The notes beneath the pieces were generated by a model. That model searched no databases. It was not told the origin of the DNA and saw only the letters and a program-made list of their open reading frames with translations. A stretch of 45,617 nucleotides of DNA, taken from Thermoplasmata archaeon. GTDB taxonomy: Archaea; Thermoplasmatota; Thermoplasmata; Halarchaeoplasmatales; Halarchaeoplasmataceae. The translations under genes and the position numbers were made by a program. Location: positions 1 to 45,617 of the forward strand of contig JAFDTZ010000001.1 in NCBI GenBank assembly GCA_019594305.1. Direction: 5' to 3'. Positions 17,976-27,246 of this stretch are shown piece by piece (positions within the stretch are counted from its first letter, which is position 1; the number at the start of each line of letters is the position of its first letter).

Positions 17976-18745
17976 TCCTCTTCATCGGTCACTATATGAA
18001 ATCCGCAGGTTTCCAGTTGTTTTAAGGGTGTTTCTATGCTGTCGTACCACTGCCCCCATTTACGGGATATATGTTCTGTCCAGCTGTAGTCATCGTAGGT
18101 GAATCTATCTTCTTTATCTCCGGACAACTTGATCTTGGCGTTAAGTTTACGATAATAGTCCTGCTGGAGGTATCCTTCGTCCATCATACTTACGGCCTTG
18201 TCTATTAAATCGTCGGTAAGTTCCGGATATTTGTTTTCAAAAAGAACGAAATCAAGAGGATATCTCGGACGCGGTGGTTCATCTTCGTCGGGATACCCCA
18301 TGGCGAGCTGTACCAACGGGAACACCCTATCCGGTAGCTGGTATTCCTTTTTGATACTTTCAGCTATGTATATCGCCCTTCCCAGAAATACACTGCCGAT
18401 ACCCATGCTTTCACCTGCGGTAACCATGTTCTGTGCCATGTAGGCTGCATCCTGGATACCGAAGAGCAGGAGGGATAGGTCGTTGGTGACCATCTTCCAC
18501 CCTTTTTTATCCATGATTTTTTCCATCTTCTGTATGTCGACGCATATTGTGAACATGAGAGGTGCTTTGAAGGGGTGTTTTTCTCTATTACGTGATAGTA
18601 GAACGCTGTAAAGCTGGGATACGAAGGGTGCCTGCTGACCTGCCCTGACGATCTGCTCGATCTCCTCCTGGGTAGGGGGTTCATTTTTGTATTTTCTCAC
18701 CGATTTATGGTTCAGCATCGTGTGAATTACATGGTTTTCGCTCAT
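17972..18745 (-). CDS. Nitroreductase family (NfsA/Frp-like) flavoprotein
   Basis: HKSVRKY, DAAYMAQNMVTAGESMGIG, LAMGYPDE..PRPRYP motifs. Confidence 0.9.
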   Translation of the reverse strand: MSENHVIHTMLNHKSVRKYKNEPPTQEEIEQIVRAGQQAPFVSQLYSVLLSRNREKHPFKAPLMFTICVDIQKMEKIMDKKGWKMVTNDLSLLLFGIQDAAYMAQNMVTAGESMGIGSVFLGRAIYIAESIKKEYQLPDRVFPLVQLAMGYPDEDEPPRPRYPLDFVLFENKYPELTDDLIDKAVSMMDEGYLQQDYYRKLNAKIKLSGDKEDRFTYDDYSWTEHISRKWGQWYDSIETPLKQLETCGFHIVTDEED

Positions 18746-18785
18746 TATATCGCTTTTTTTATAAGTGAATACGTACATAAAGGTT

Positions 18786-18948
18786 TTCGGATATATTCCG
18801 AAGGCGTGAGCCTCTTGCTTCTAAATTGCTCGTTAACTTGCAATGTTAGAAGTTAGCGGGAATACACATATTCCCGCAATTTTCAAACTTCACAAAATCA
18901 GAGATTTTCCTCACTTTTTCGTCTTTCGCAAAGCTCGAAACAAAAAAA
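18786..18948 (-). repeat. tRNA-3'-attached hairpin element (copy at tRNA-Ser)
   Basis: Homologous to 12901-12958. Further inverted repeats at 18856-18877 (GCGGGAATA-CACA-TATTCCCGC), 18819-18852 and 18786-18802. Confidence 0.7.
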
Positions 18949-19053
18949 CGCCGAGGGGGAGATTCGAACTCCCGAGGCGGGGGTCCGCCACCGGCTTGCT
19001 TGGAAAGACGGCTCTCAAGGCCGGCGCCTTGGTCCGGGCTTAGCTACCTCGGC
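18949..19053 (-). tRNA. tRNA-Ser (TGA) with 17-nt intron (18997-19013)
   Basis: GCCGAGG/CCTCGGC acceptor, discriminator G, long variable arm, CCGGC-CTTGAG[intron]A-GCCGG, BHB helix CTTG/CAAG. Confidence 0.92.
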
Positions 19054-19183
19054 ATGGTTGAAACATCCTAAGAAGTCGTCTCCAATACACCAACGGATAA
19101 AAATACTTTGGTTTGATTCAACGGTTTCTCGTTCACCATACCAAAAAAATGTTATTGAAGGAAGGTATGATAATGAAGGATCC

Positions 19184-20791
19184 ATGAAACTCGATATATA
19201 TTCAAGCCTTGAAAAAAAAAGGTTCGGACCTCTCATCGTAATCTTGTACCTTATGATAGTGGGTTCTGTCAGCTTCGCACTCAGAGGTGCTTTCAACACG
19301 GAAATAAGATATTCTTATCTCGTACTTACCACGGAAATACTCGTACTCAGCCTTTATTTTTTTATTATTTTCATTATCTTCGGTATTCTGGCAAAAAAAC
19401 CCAACATCGACAGAACTTTGGAAAACTTGATTTATTTTTACTGGCTCCTGGCCCTGACCCCACTCATGTCCGGCCTGACAGGCGGAACGGTCTACAACAC
19501 ACGTTTGATCTCCGCAATGAACCTATCCGTCCGGCAATTGTTCCAAGGGGAGGCAGGCATGGTCATCATAGTGGTCGTCATCATATCCATCTTACTTTGC
19601 TACCGTATTTTTACCCGTTTTCCTTCAAAACACAAAGCTCCAACATACGGTATCCTAGCCTTCGCAGCCACATTAGCTCTTTCATTCCCTTCCTTCTTCA
19701 TAAGACGCGTAACCGTAGACGGTAATACATTCGTACTGTATGAACTCTTACGAACGGATATGGTGTCCGGCGGGGGGCTGCCATCGACCCAACAACTTTC
19801 CAATCTTCTGCTGAACCAAGGATATCATCTGTATATCGTGTTGCTCTTGATAGAGATATCCGTTATGGTATCTATCCTGTTGTATCTGACCTCAAAGGAT
19901 TTCTTCTCCTCGCTGATAAGGAACCTGAAACCCTTTCGTTCGATCCACTTCATCATGCTGGTTTTGATAGGTATCATCGTGGTCAGGAAGATAAGCCCCG
20001 ATTATGCACTCGATCCCCTGGCATTGAACCATTTTCCCTTTGTGCTCTTAGCGGTTTTTTGCAGCGCCTTCTTCATATGGCAGTTCACATCGCTCCTAAA
20101 CGACCTGTACGACGTATCGATAGACAAACTGGCACACCCGGACAGACCCCTGGTTCAAGAACATAAACACGAAAAGATCTACTTAGAACTGTGCATAGTG
20201 ATAGCGATAGTATCGTCGTGGTTCACAATCCTGCTGGGTCCGTTTATATTCCTTTTAAATTCTATGGCAATTTTCGCAGCCGTAATATACTCCGTTCCGC
20301 CTATCAGGCTGAGGAACCGACCTTACGGTCATATCTGTATTGGATTGGGAAGTGTGATCGCTCTACTGGTGGGGGTGTATTCACCTACCGGTTGGACCGA
20401 CGGCATCGCATCAAACGCCCCCTATCACCCAAGGGCCATACCATTTTACTCCGATGTACTTCAACTATCTTTTTTACTCTTTGTAGTGCTCTCTATATCG
20501 CCACTTATCAACGCGATATCAGATTACGAGGGGGACCTGAGATCCGGTGTAAAAAATGTTTATACCGTTTACGGCCTTGAAAAGGGAAAGAAGATAGTTT
20601 CCGTACTTATCATCTTTCTGTTCCTATCACCCCTTTTAATGTTCCACAGTTTACAGGATATTGTTGTACTCGTCCCACCGGCAATAGTTTCTTCGATTTT
20701 ATTCTATAAAGGTGAGAAATGGAAGGCGCTCTTCGGACTTTACTTTTTGATCTTGATCTACTGCCTGTTGAGATTTCTGGAGTTCATATGA
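19184..20791 (+). CDS. UbiA-family prenyltransferase with long N-terminal multi-TM extension
   Basis: NDLYDVSID..AHPDRPL, YSVPPIRLR, NAISDYEGD..SGVKN motifs. The track start at 19058 abuts the tRNA, so ATG 19184 is preferred. Confidence 0.88.
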   Translation: MKLDIYSSLEKKRFGPLIVILYLMIVGSVSFALRGAFNTEIRYSYLVLTTEILVLSLYFFIIFIIFGILAKKPNIDRTLENLIYFYWLLALTPLMSGLTGGTVYNTRLISAMNLSVRQLFQGEAGMVIIVVVIISILLCYRIFTRFPSKHKAPTYGILAFAATLALSFPSFFIRRVTVDGNTFVLYELLRTDMVSGGGLPSTQQLSNLLLNQGYHLYIVLLLIEISVMVSILLYLTSKDFFSSLIRNLKPFRSIHFIMLVLIGIIVVRKISPDYALDPLALNHFPFVLLAVFCSAFFIWQFTSLLNDLYDVSIDKLAHPDRPLVQEHKHEKIYLELCIVIAIVSSWFTILLGPFIFLLNSMAIFAAVIYSVPPIRLRNRPYGHICIGLGSVIALLVGVYSPTGWTDGIASNAPYHPRAIPFYSDVLQLSFLLFVVLSISPLINAISDYEGDLRSGVKNVYTVYGLEKGKKIVSVLIIFLFLSPLLMFHSLQDIVVLVPPAIVSSILFYKGEKWKALFGLYFLILIYCLLRFLEFI

Positions 20792-20807
20792 ACGATAAAT
20801 ACCGAAA

Positions 20808-22124
20808 CTAAATCGGAGGCGGTCTCCGGTAACTGATATTAGCGTGGAAGAAATCGGAGGTCATCTTACCGATGGACCGAAGCGAACCCTTACGGCTCCT
20901 GCGTAAAAGGTAATGCTTGATGGGGGTGGAAACGAATTTTTTAGGGCTGTATGATACCTTGAAACCCCATTTAAGCAAGGATTCCATATTATCTTTCGGT
21001 ATCTCCGGATGGTTCCACACAAGATGCTTTGTGTCCCATCTGCTCCAGTCGGTCTCGAATATGCCGTATTTGTCCTCTATCTCGTCCCAAAGTTTCGTAC
21101 GGGGAAAGGGTGTCAATATGCATATCTGCAGCATATCTATGGAATAATCCCTGTTAAGTTTGATTATGCTTCTGCGGATGGAATCCTCGGTCTCGTTTTC
21201 GAATCCGATAATGTAGAATCCCATGAGAAGTATGTTCTTATCCTTCACCCTTTTCAGCAATTCTTCCGTTTTGTTCACATCGAGGTTCTTTCCAACTTCA
21301 TTAAGGTTTTTCTGGTCCAGGGTTTCTATCCCCAAGAACGTACCTGAAAAACCCATGCCGTACCATTCGTCGAAATTATGCAGCAGTGTATCCGTTCTTG
21401 TCATCACATACCAGTTAATACCGTACGTTTTCAGCAGTTCTATCGCATCTCTGGTGTGCCTCTTCAAAATACCGAAATTTTCATCGCCGATAAGAACCTC
21501 GTTGACACCCAGTCTTCTATACGTATAAAGTACCCTTTCAAGGGATTCCAGAGGTATCTTTTCGATCTTCTTGCAGAACACGGGGGTTTGACAGAACGAA
21601 CAGCCGATATTACATCCCCTAGAGGTGTATATCACCCCTATGGGTATGGCCGCGAGGTTGAAGGGGATGCCGAGGTATTCTATCAGTAGAGGATGTTCGA
21701 GTTGTTGGATATCACGCCCGAAATATTCGCCCAATTCCCTTTCCGAGTAACCTATGAATATCTTGTCAAAGTAATCTTCCATACCGTAGGTTAGGGCACC
21801 GTAGTTGCCTGCCCAGATTTCCTTGATCCCCTTTTCCCTAGCCGCTTTAACCATCTCCAAGATCCGGGGTATCTCGTGGGTGAAGAAGGAAAAACCAACT
21901 ATGTCGTAACCTTCGTCCAGCTTATCCATGTACTGTTTCCATGTAGGATATTCCAGTATATCGAGTTCGGGTATGTTCACCTTTAAAAATCTCAGTCCCG
22001 GGGAGAACTTTTGAGGATAGCGGTACCTTAACCACCGGGTAACGTTTTCACTCCAGTAATCATAGTATCCTTTTTTTTTCCTACAACTGGTGGTCAGTAA
22101 TATCCTGCCAGTGGTTTTTCCCAT
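20808..22124 (-). CDS. B12-binding-domain (class B-like) radical SAM protein
   Basis: TSRGCNIGCSFC, DENF, GIET, IIGFENET, LTPFPRT motifs; N-terminal DIVGFS...IWAGN...IFIGYSE Rossmann-like domain. Confidence 0.88.
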   Translation of the reverse strand: MGKTTGRILLTTSCRKKKGYYDYWSENVTRWLRYRYPQKFSPGLRFLKVNIPELDILEYPTWKQYMDKLDEGYDIVGFSFFTHEIPRILEMVKAAREKGIKEIWAGNYGALTYGMEDYFDKIFIGYSERELGEYFGRDIQQLEHPLLIEYLGIPFNLAAIPIGVIYTSRGCNIGCSFCQTPVFCKKIEKIPLESLERVLYTYRRLGVNEVLIGDENFGILKRHTRDAIELLKTYGINWYVMTRTDTLLHNFDEWYGMGFSGTFLGIETLDQKNLNEVGKNLDVNKTEELLKRVKDKNILLMGFYIIGFENETEDSIRRSIIKLNRDYSIDMLQICILTPFPRTKLWDEIEDKYGIFETDWSRWDTKHLVWNHPEIPKDNMESLLKWGFKVSYSPKKFVSTPIKHYLLRRSRKGSLRSIGKMTSDFFHANISYRRPPPI

Positions 22125-22196
22125 GTTAAAGAATGTTAAATGTATAATCTCTATTTAACTTTTTAGATTCAGAAAGATGAAAGATATGCACATAAA

Positions 22197-22670
22197 CTAG
22201 TATCTCCTGGTGGTTCTTACTTCTCCGCCGCATATCTCACATTCCCCCTCACTTTCACGATACCAATGGCCGCATTTTTTGCATCTGTAGGTCCATGAGT
22301 ATTCCTTTTTTATCCCTTTCTGAGATATCCCACTGTACTGAATATCCATATTCTTTGCCATGTTCTGTATGGAATAATCGTCCGTTAGTATCTTGGCATT
22401 CAGATATAAGGCAAGGGCGATGACCTCAACATCGGTTTTAGACAAACGCAAATAGTCTCCGGTGCTCTTAGCTTTCTTTTCCACAACTTCAATCAATGCA
22501 CCCGGCGGTGAAACTACTGTAAGACCGGCGGCCATCATCATCTTGATCTTTCTGTACCATCGTCCCCCTTCCTTTATCTCGTCCAGCACTCCCGGTGGTA
22601 TAAATATGTCCACCGTGAATGGAAGGTCCTTTCCGGATAATATAGCCGAGGTGTCAAGCACGTAACTCAT
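22197..22670 (-). CDS. nob1: NOB1 family PIN endonuclease (rRNA processing)
   Basis: VLDTSA, LSKTD, TDDYSIQN motifs; C-terminal CxxC...CxxC zinc ribbon. Confidence 0.93.
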   Translation of the reverse strand: MSYVLDTSAILSGKDLPFTVDIFIPPGVLDEIKEGGRWYRKIKMMMAAGLTVVSPPGALIEVVEKKAKSTGDYLRLSKTDVEVIALALYLNAKILTDDYSIQNMAKNMDIQYSGISQKGIKKEYSWTYRCKKCGHWYRESEGECEICGGEVRTTRRY

Positions 22671-22746
22671 GGACTACATCATATACGAGGGAGGTAATAT
22701 CTTTTACCACCGGGAAACATATTTATTGTTGAGTAAATCACCCTTT

Positions 22747-23217
22747 ATGACAATATATGAGTTCGAAGGGAGAATTCCAAAAATTCACGAGAGTACTTAT
22801 GTGAGTAAAAGCGCTGATATCATCGGAGACGTAAAGATAGGAAAAAACTGCTATATAGGTCCGGGTGCAAAGATAAAAGGCGACTACGGAAGTGTCATCA
22901 TCGGAGATAACTCTAACGTACAAGAAAACTGTGTAATACACGCAAGACCGGATAAGAAAACTGTCATAGGGGATTATGTATCTATAGGGCACGGCGCCAT
23001 AATCCACGGTGCAACCATAAACGATTATGCGGTTGTCGGTATGGGGTCTGTGGTTAGCGATTTTGCCAAAGTAGGGATATGGAGTGCGGTTGGTGAAGGT
23101 GCGGTGGTTGTGAGTGGAAAAGAGGTACCCGATCAAGGGATCGCCGTAGGCATACCTGCAAAAGTTATAGGGTCCGTTGATGAAGATTATAAAAAGATGT
23201 GGACAGAGTATAAATAA
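22747..23217 (+). CDS. Gamma-class carbonic anhydrase family (hexapeptide repeat) protein, C-terminal helix cut by in-frame TAA; frame continues to 23271
   Basis: IGDVKIG, IKGD, NVQENCVIH, IGHGAIIHG, GIPAK motifs. Confidence 0.88.
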   Translation: MTIYEFEGRIPKIHESTYVSKSADIIGDVKIGKNCYIGPGAKIKGDYGSVIIGDNSNVQENCVIHARPDKKTVIGDYVSIGHGAIIHGATINDYAVVGMGSVVSDFAKVGIWSAVGEGAVVVSGKEVPDQGIAVGIPAKVIGSVDEDYKKMWTEYK

Positions 23218-23273
23218 TTGTATCGTTCACTCTCATGGAGATATAAGGAAGGATTGAAACCTCTGGATTGACC

Positions 23274-24905
23274 TCAATTTGAAAAGATTGCATATCTAAG
23301 TATTTCCTTTACCACTTTAGAATCGTCAAAAACCTCTTTTAAATCGCTTTCGCAGGAAGGTCTGGCACGGAAGATGCGTGCCGCTCTCTTTTCGCCTATC
23401 CCCGGAAGCGCCTTTAATTCCGAAAAACTGGCCTTGTTGATAAAGAAAGGATAGTGTAATCCGGTAACACTACGGTAACCGTGATCGATGATTATCACAT
23501 CGTTGTATTCGCCTAGCCTGAGAGGGTATTCGATACCGACTAAAATAGGATAGGTACCTATCTGTCTGCCGAAAGTTTGTTTTCCCCGGTGTAACTCCAT
23601 ATAAACATCCTTAAGTACGGTTCCCCCTGGGAGCATCTTTTTTAGCATTACTTGATCTATCCTTTCCCTAACAATGGATTTGAATTTTTTGAATTCCTTT
23701 GGATATTTGAGATGGCATTTCATACGATGAGGTAGAACCTGACGTATGTTTATCCTCCTAAGAAATAAGCCTGAATCCAATATTTTTTCCAGGAAAGAAA
23801 GGTTTAGTTCGTAGGTTTCCTTCCTTTCGCCCTTCAAACCTGCGAGAAAGTTTATACCGGGCAGCAATTCGGGCATGCCGCTTTCACCTTTTCCGGCACC
23901 GACTTCGTTTATCATCACAACCGACGTCTCTACATCTTCCGGTGTAGCATTCAGATTGTTAGATTCAATAACACGGGGGTCTGCTGACTCCATCCCTAAT
24001 GCCAGTACATTTCCCGATGTAGTATTTTCAACCAGTATATTCAATATTTTTCGACTCTCCTCTGGATGGGCGGCTATCACGCCGGGATTGGCGTTGTCTA
24101 CATGCAGTATACTGATATCCGGGCATGCATTATTGATACCTCGAAACAATCTTCTTATCTCGTCAGCTCTGGGAACCGGTCTTTCTTTTTTCCCTATACC
24201 GTCTGCCTTGTAACTGACGATACAAGATTGTCCGCCTAGTCTGAAATTCTGGATGCCTAATTTATATAGTGTTGATATCTCTGCGATCACATCTTCCTGT
24301 TCTCTGAACTTTGGTTTTCCATACCCTGGCTCCGAACAGAACGAGCAACCTCCTGTAAAATAACGTACGCAACCTCGGTATGTACTGACCTCCGCAAGAA
24401 GGGGGTCAGGATACAAAGGATGTTTTTTTACCACTTTTGCGCCCAAGCAGAGCCATCTCTCCCTTTCATCTAACTCACCCCATCTATCCCTTGGGTTTCC
24501 TTTCAAGGATTCGTGCAGGTAGGCGGAAAGATCCTTCACCGATATATGATCGTAGGATGTATCGGCCACCGCTCTTGCCAGTGGACCTCCCAGAAAGCTC
24601 TCTGTTTGGTTGCTATTTTTTCCCAACTCTCTACATTCCCGTAGGCTGAGGGGAGTACCACCTAGGTAAGTCCCGGGTACCGTCGTACCTCCATGTACTA
24701 TAATGATATCCGAAGGGGGTAATCCTGATATTCTGTATTCATCAGCTGTAACATAATCATAAGTTAGGCCGGCTTCTTCAAGCACGCCCGCTAGTAGCCT
24801 GGGCTCTGGTGATATATACGGAGGCACACCTAGTAAAGCGGGTTCATCTACGTAGCCATCAAGTATGACAGCGTGGATATTTTTTGATGTATCACGACGA
24901 ATCAT
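23274..24905 (-). CDS. Radical SAM protein with C-terminal TRAM-like and helix-hairpin-helix domains (COG1031-like)
   Basis: LDGYVDEPALLGVPPYISP, RGC......GCSFC, RRINIRQV, LPGIGEKRA (HhH) motifs. Confidence 0.9.
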   Translation of the reverse strand: MIRRDTSKNIHAVILDGYVDEPALLGVPPYISPEPRLLAGVLEEAGLTYDYVTADEYRISGLPPSDIIIVHGGTTVPGTYLGGTPLSLRECRELGKNSNQTESFLGGPLARAVADTSYDHISVKDLSAYLHESLKGNPRDRWGELDERERWLCLGAKVVKKHPLYPDPLLAEVSTYRGCVRYFTGGCSFCSEPGYGKPKFREQEDVIAEISTLYKLGIQNFRLGGQSCIVSYKADGIGKKERPVPRADEIRRLFRGINNACPDISILHVDNANPGVIAAHPEESRKILNILVENTTSGNVLALGMESADPRVIESNNLNATPEDVETSVVMINEVGAGKGESGMPELLPGINFLAGLKGERKETYELNLSFLEKILDSGLFLRRINIRQVLPHRMKCHLKYPKEFKKFKSIVRERIDQVMLKKMLPGGTVLKDVYMELHRGKQTFGRQIGTYPILVGIEYPLRLGEYNDVIIIDHGYRSVTGLHYPFFINKASFSELKALPGIGEKRAARIFRARPSCESDLKEVFDDSKVVKEILRYAIFSN

Positions 24906-24908
24906 GAT

Positions 24909-25208
24909 TCACTCCTCAAATAGTATCTTACTCACTTTTTTAATTGTACCGCCGGTGACAATGGTCCTCACCTTGCCGCCTCCGAGGTCCATAGAATTGA
25001 GTAATTCGATAGTCTTCTCCTTACCCGTATGTTCGCATCTCAATATGCCCTTATTATCGGTAAAGACAGTGAGCCAGGGTTCGATAGTTATATACTCATC
25101 TTTACTGAATGCTCTCCTGAGGGCTCTGATGAACTCCTTTCTATCTATCTTGTGTCCGCCTACAATCTGAAAACCGATATACCTGATTCTCTTGTTCTTA
25201 ACAGCCAT
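24909..25208 (-). CDS. rnp2: Ribonuclease P protein component 2 (Pop5/Rpp14)
   Basis: RYIGF, GILRC.H, TGGTIKK motifs; 99 aa. Confidence 0.85.
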   Translation of the reverse strand: MAVKNKRIRYIGFQIVGGHKIDRKEFIRALRRAFSKDEYITIEPWLTVFTDNKGILRCEHTGKEKTIELLNSMDLGGGKVRTIVTGGTIKKVSKILFEE

Positions 25209-25324
25209 GGTTTATTACCGCCGAAGTCGTACGGGATTAGTTGTCCGTATCCATTATGTCGCACCAATAATATTCCCTGTATATAAAATTGTCCGATTAA
25301 TGATTATCCGTCCTACTTGCTGTA

Positions 25325-25780
25325 CTAATAAGGTGGTATATCATCTGTGAAAGGTTCATCTTGGAACCAACTCGGTGTGAAGCGAAGTATGTTTCCCTTC
25401 TCTTCCGTTGGTATCTCGAAGATCACCCAGAAATTGATGGTTGCCCCTGCTATTATCCTATCGGGGGCTCCTTCGGTCCGTGCATTCGCGTACACAGAGC
25501 CTTCCGCCGTTACCAGCTCAAAATACCAAGCATGTAGTGATAGATCTTCCTTTTCATTCATATTCGTTATCTCCACTTGAACCCAGAGAAATTCGTATCC
25601 GTCTTTAGGGGTCATCCAATTTTGAGTCCCGGTCATTCTCGCTTCAGCGTACAAAACCTCCATCTCCGCTTGGGCCTTATCTTCTTCCACACATCCTGTT
25701 AGGGCGGCTACATACAAGATCATAAGTCCGATTATTAGAAAGGTAAATAGTTTATCACTGAAGCCCGCTCCTTTTATCAT
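25325..25780 (-). CDS. Putative lipoprotein, DUF4352-like Ig fold
   Basis: Hydrophobic stretch ending LTGC; PKDGYEFLWVQVEITN, FELVT..G..Y, VIFEIP. Confidence 0.75.
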   Translation of the reverse strand: MIKGAGFSDKLFTFLIIGLMILYVAALTGCVEEDKAQAEMEVLYAEARMTGTQNWMTPKDGYEFLWVQVEITNMNEKEDLSLHAWYFELVTAEGSVYANARTEGAPDRIIAGATINFWVIFEIPTEEKGNILRFTPSWFQDEPFTDDIPPY

Positions 25781-25833
25781 ATTGAATAAATAGGACTTTA
25801 ACTAAAAATACTTTATGCTAACGATTGTTTGAT

Positions 25834-26000
25834 CGGTCGTAAAAGTGCCCGATCCGGGATTCTGGTCACAAACACTCGTTTCACTCGTGATTCTAACCGC
25901 TCGTGCATTTAAGTGTAAATGCACTCACGAACCTCCGGTTCTCATCCCGTTCCGGTCACTTTTTCTCCCTCCGGTCGTAAAAGTGCCCGATCCGGGATTC
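25834..26000. repeat. 29-bp direct repeat (25834-25862 and 25972-26000) including the tRNA-Arg 3' end, flanking a 109-bp hairpin-rich insert
   Basis: CGGTCGTAAAAGTGCCCGATCCGGGATTC occurs twice exactly; internal inverted repeat GTGCATTTA-AGTG-TAAATGCAC at 25903-25924. Confidence 0.9.
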
Positions 26001-26057
26001 GAACCCGGGTAAGAGGCTCCGCAGGCCCCTATGATATCCAGACTACACTAATCGGGC
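25984..26057 (-). tRNA. tRNA-Arg (anticodon GCG)
   Basis: GCCCGAT/ATCGGGC acceptor, GGGGC-CTGCGGA-GCCTC anticodon arm, GGTTCGAATCC T-arm. Confidence 0.95.
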
Positions 26058-26096
26058 TGTTAGATAAAATAGGGGATGATATGCTTCTAGTTTAAT

Positions 26097-27173
26097 TTAT
26101 CGCTTTTTTTCGGCCATGGGCCACCTCTCCACCTCGAGAGCGTCTGCAGTAGGATATACCTCTATTCCGTAACATTCCTCATCTAATTTCGGTGCGATAT
26201 CTTCCAGTATCGGCAAATATATCTCTATCCTGTCTTTACTGACATCGTGCCATAACTTTTCGGCTGGTACGTCGTAATCCTTCACCAGTAACTTTATCAT
26301 CTCTTCGGGGCGTTGACAACTTATTATCCCCTTTACAAGCGTTCCGTCGTCGGTTATTATCTCCCACTCTCGGACCACACGCTGGGCCCTCCTCATTATT
26401 CTTTTCCTTAACTGTATACCATCCTTGAATGATGCCGAGCAATAATGTACGGACGTTCCATGGTCGATAGTCATCAGATACGTGGCAAACTCCTGACTAC
26501 CACGAGCTGCACTAGAGATGTCGCTCTTTTCATTGAAACCCCTACTCAACAATTCTTCCCAGTTGGTTGAAGAGAACTCCAGTTCGTTCAAATTTACAAA
26601 ATCCACAAGGGGTCCTAAAATCTTCAGTAGATGAAGTGTTTCTTCACGTAAAAAAGGTATCGAAGGTATCTCGATACCTACATCTATAGGATATTTCCTC
26701 AATTCGTGCACGATATGCGGATATTCAGTTTCCTCGATATTATTCCATGTCTCCACCGGCGGATGAAACCTGATCTCGTCGAGACCCATCTGGCACGCCC
26801 TCCGTATCTTGTCGATATCGGTTACCTGCGTATACAGATGTATGTGATGGTCATCACCGAAGGCCTCCTTCAGAGCACCTATGTATGCAAAAGTATTGTC
26901 TGTTACCAGCGGGTCGCCACCGGTTATACCGGTTCCCAGGGCACCTATGTCTTTCGCCTCTTGAATTACATCTTCTTCACCGGTGGTAAGAAGTTCATTT
27001 GCATATACGATATTCTTATCTTTCTTTTCTTTCGATAAAGGACAGTACCAGCATGTACCTTCACATCGGCCGGTTACAAGGAGGACCATCTTCGCGCCTA
27101 GCGTGCAGTAACTGCAGCCCTTTGGTAAATTACCGGTAAAGGCCGAATCGTTCTCAAGTTTGTTCACTTTCAC
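26097..27173 (-). CDS. Radical SAM protein (COG2108-like, conserved in archaea)
   Basis: LPKGCSYC..GAKMVLLVTGRCEGTCWYCPLS, ITGGDP, HIHLYT, LDEIRFHP, NLNELEFS motifs. The start is uncertain because the longer track ORF overlaps the divergent gene. Confidence 0.88.
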   Translation of the reverse strand: MKVNKLENDSAFTGNLPKGCSYCTLGAKMVLLVTGRCEGTCWYCPLSKEKKDKNIVYANELLTTGEEDVIQEAKDIGALGTGITGGDPLVTDNTFAYIGALKEAFGDDHHIHLYTQVTDIDKIRRACQMGLDEIRFHPPVETWNNIEETEYPHIVHELRKYPIDVGIEIPSIPFLREETLHLLKILGPLVDFVNLNELEFSSTNWEELLSRGFNEKSDISSAARGSQEFATYLMTIDHGTSVHYCSASFKDGIQLRKRIMRRAQRVVREWEIITDDGTLVKGIISCQRPEEMIKLLVKDYDVPAEKLWHDVSKDRIEIYLPILEDIAPKLDEECYGIEVYPTADALEVERWPMAEKKR

Positions 27174-27246
27174 AGGAAGAATAGATTGAGAAGACAATAT
27201 AACCTTTACCCTGGGAAAATATATTACACACTGAACGGATAGCCCG

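Noticed and set aside
25325..25833. Integrated island beyond the tRNA-Arg att-like repeat
   Set aside because: The lipoprotein gene lies outside the two repeats, there is no integrase, and the neighbouring genes are housekeeping.
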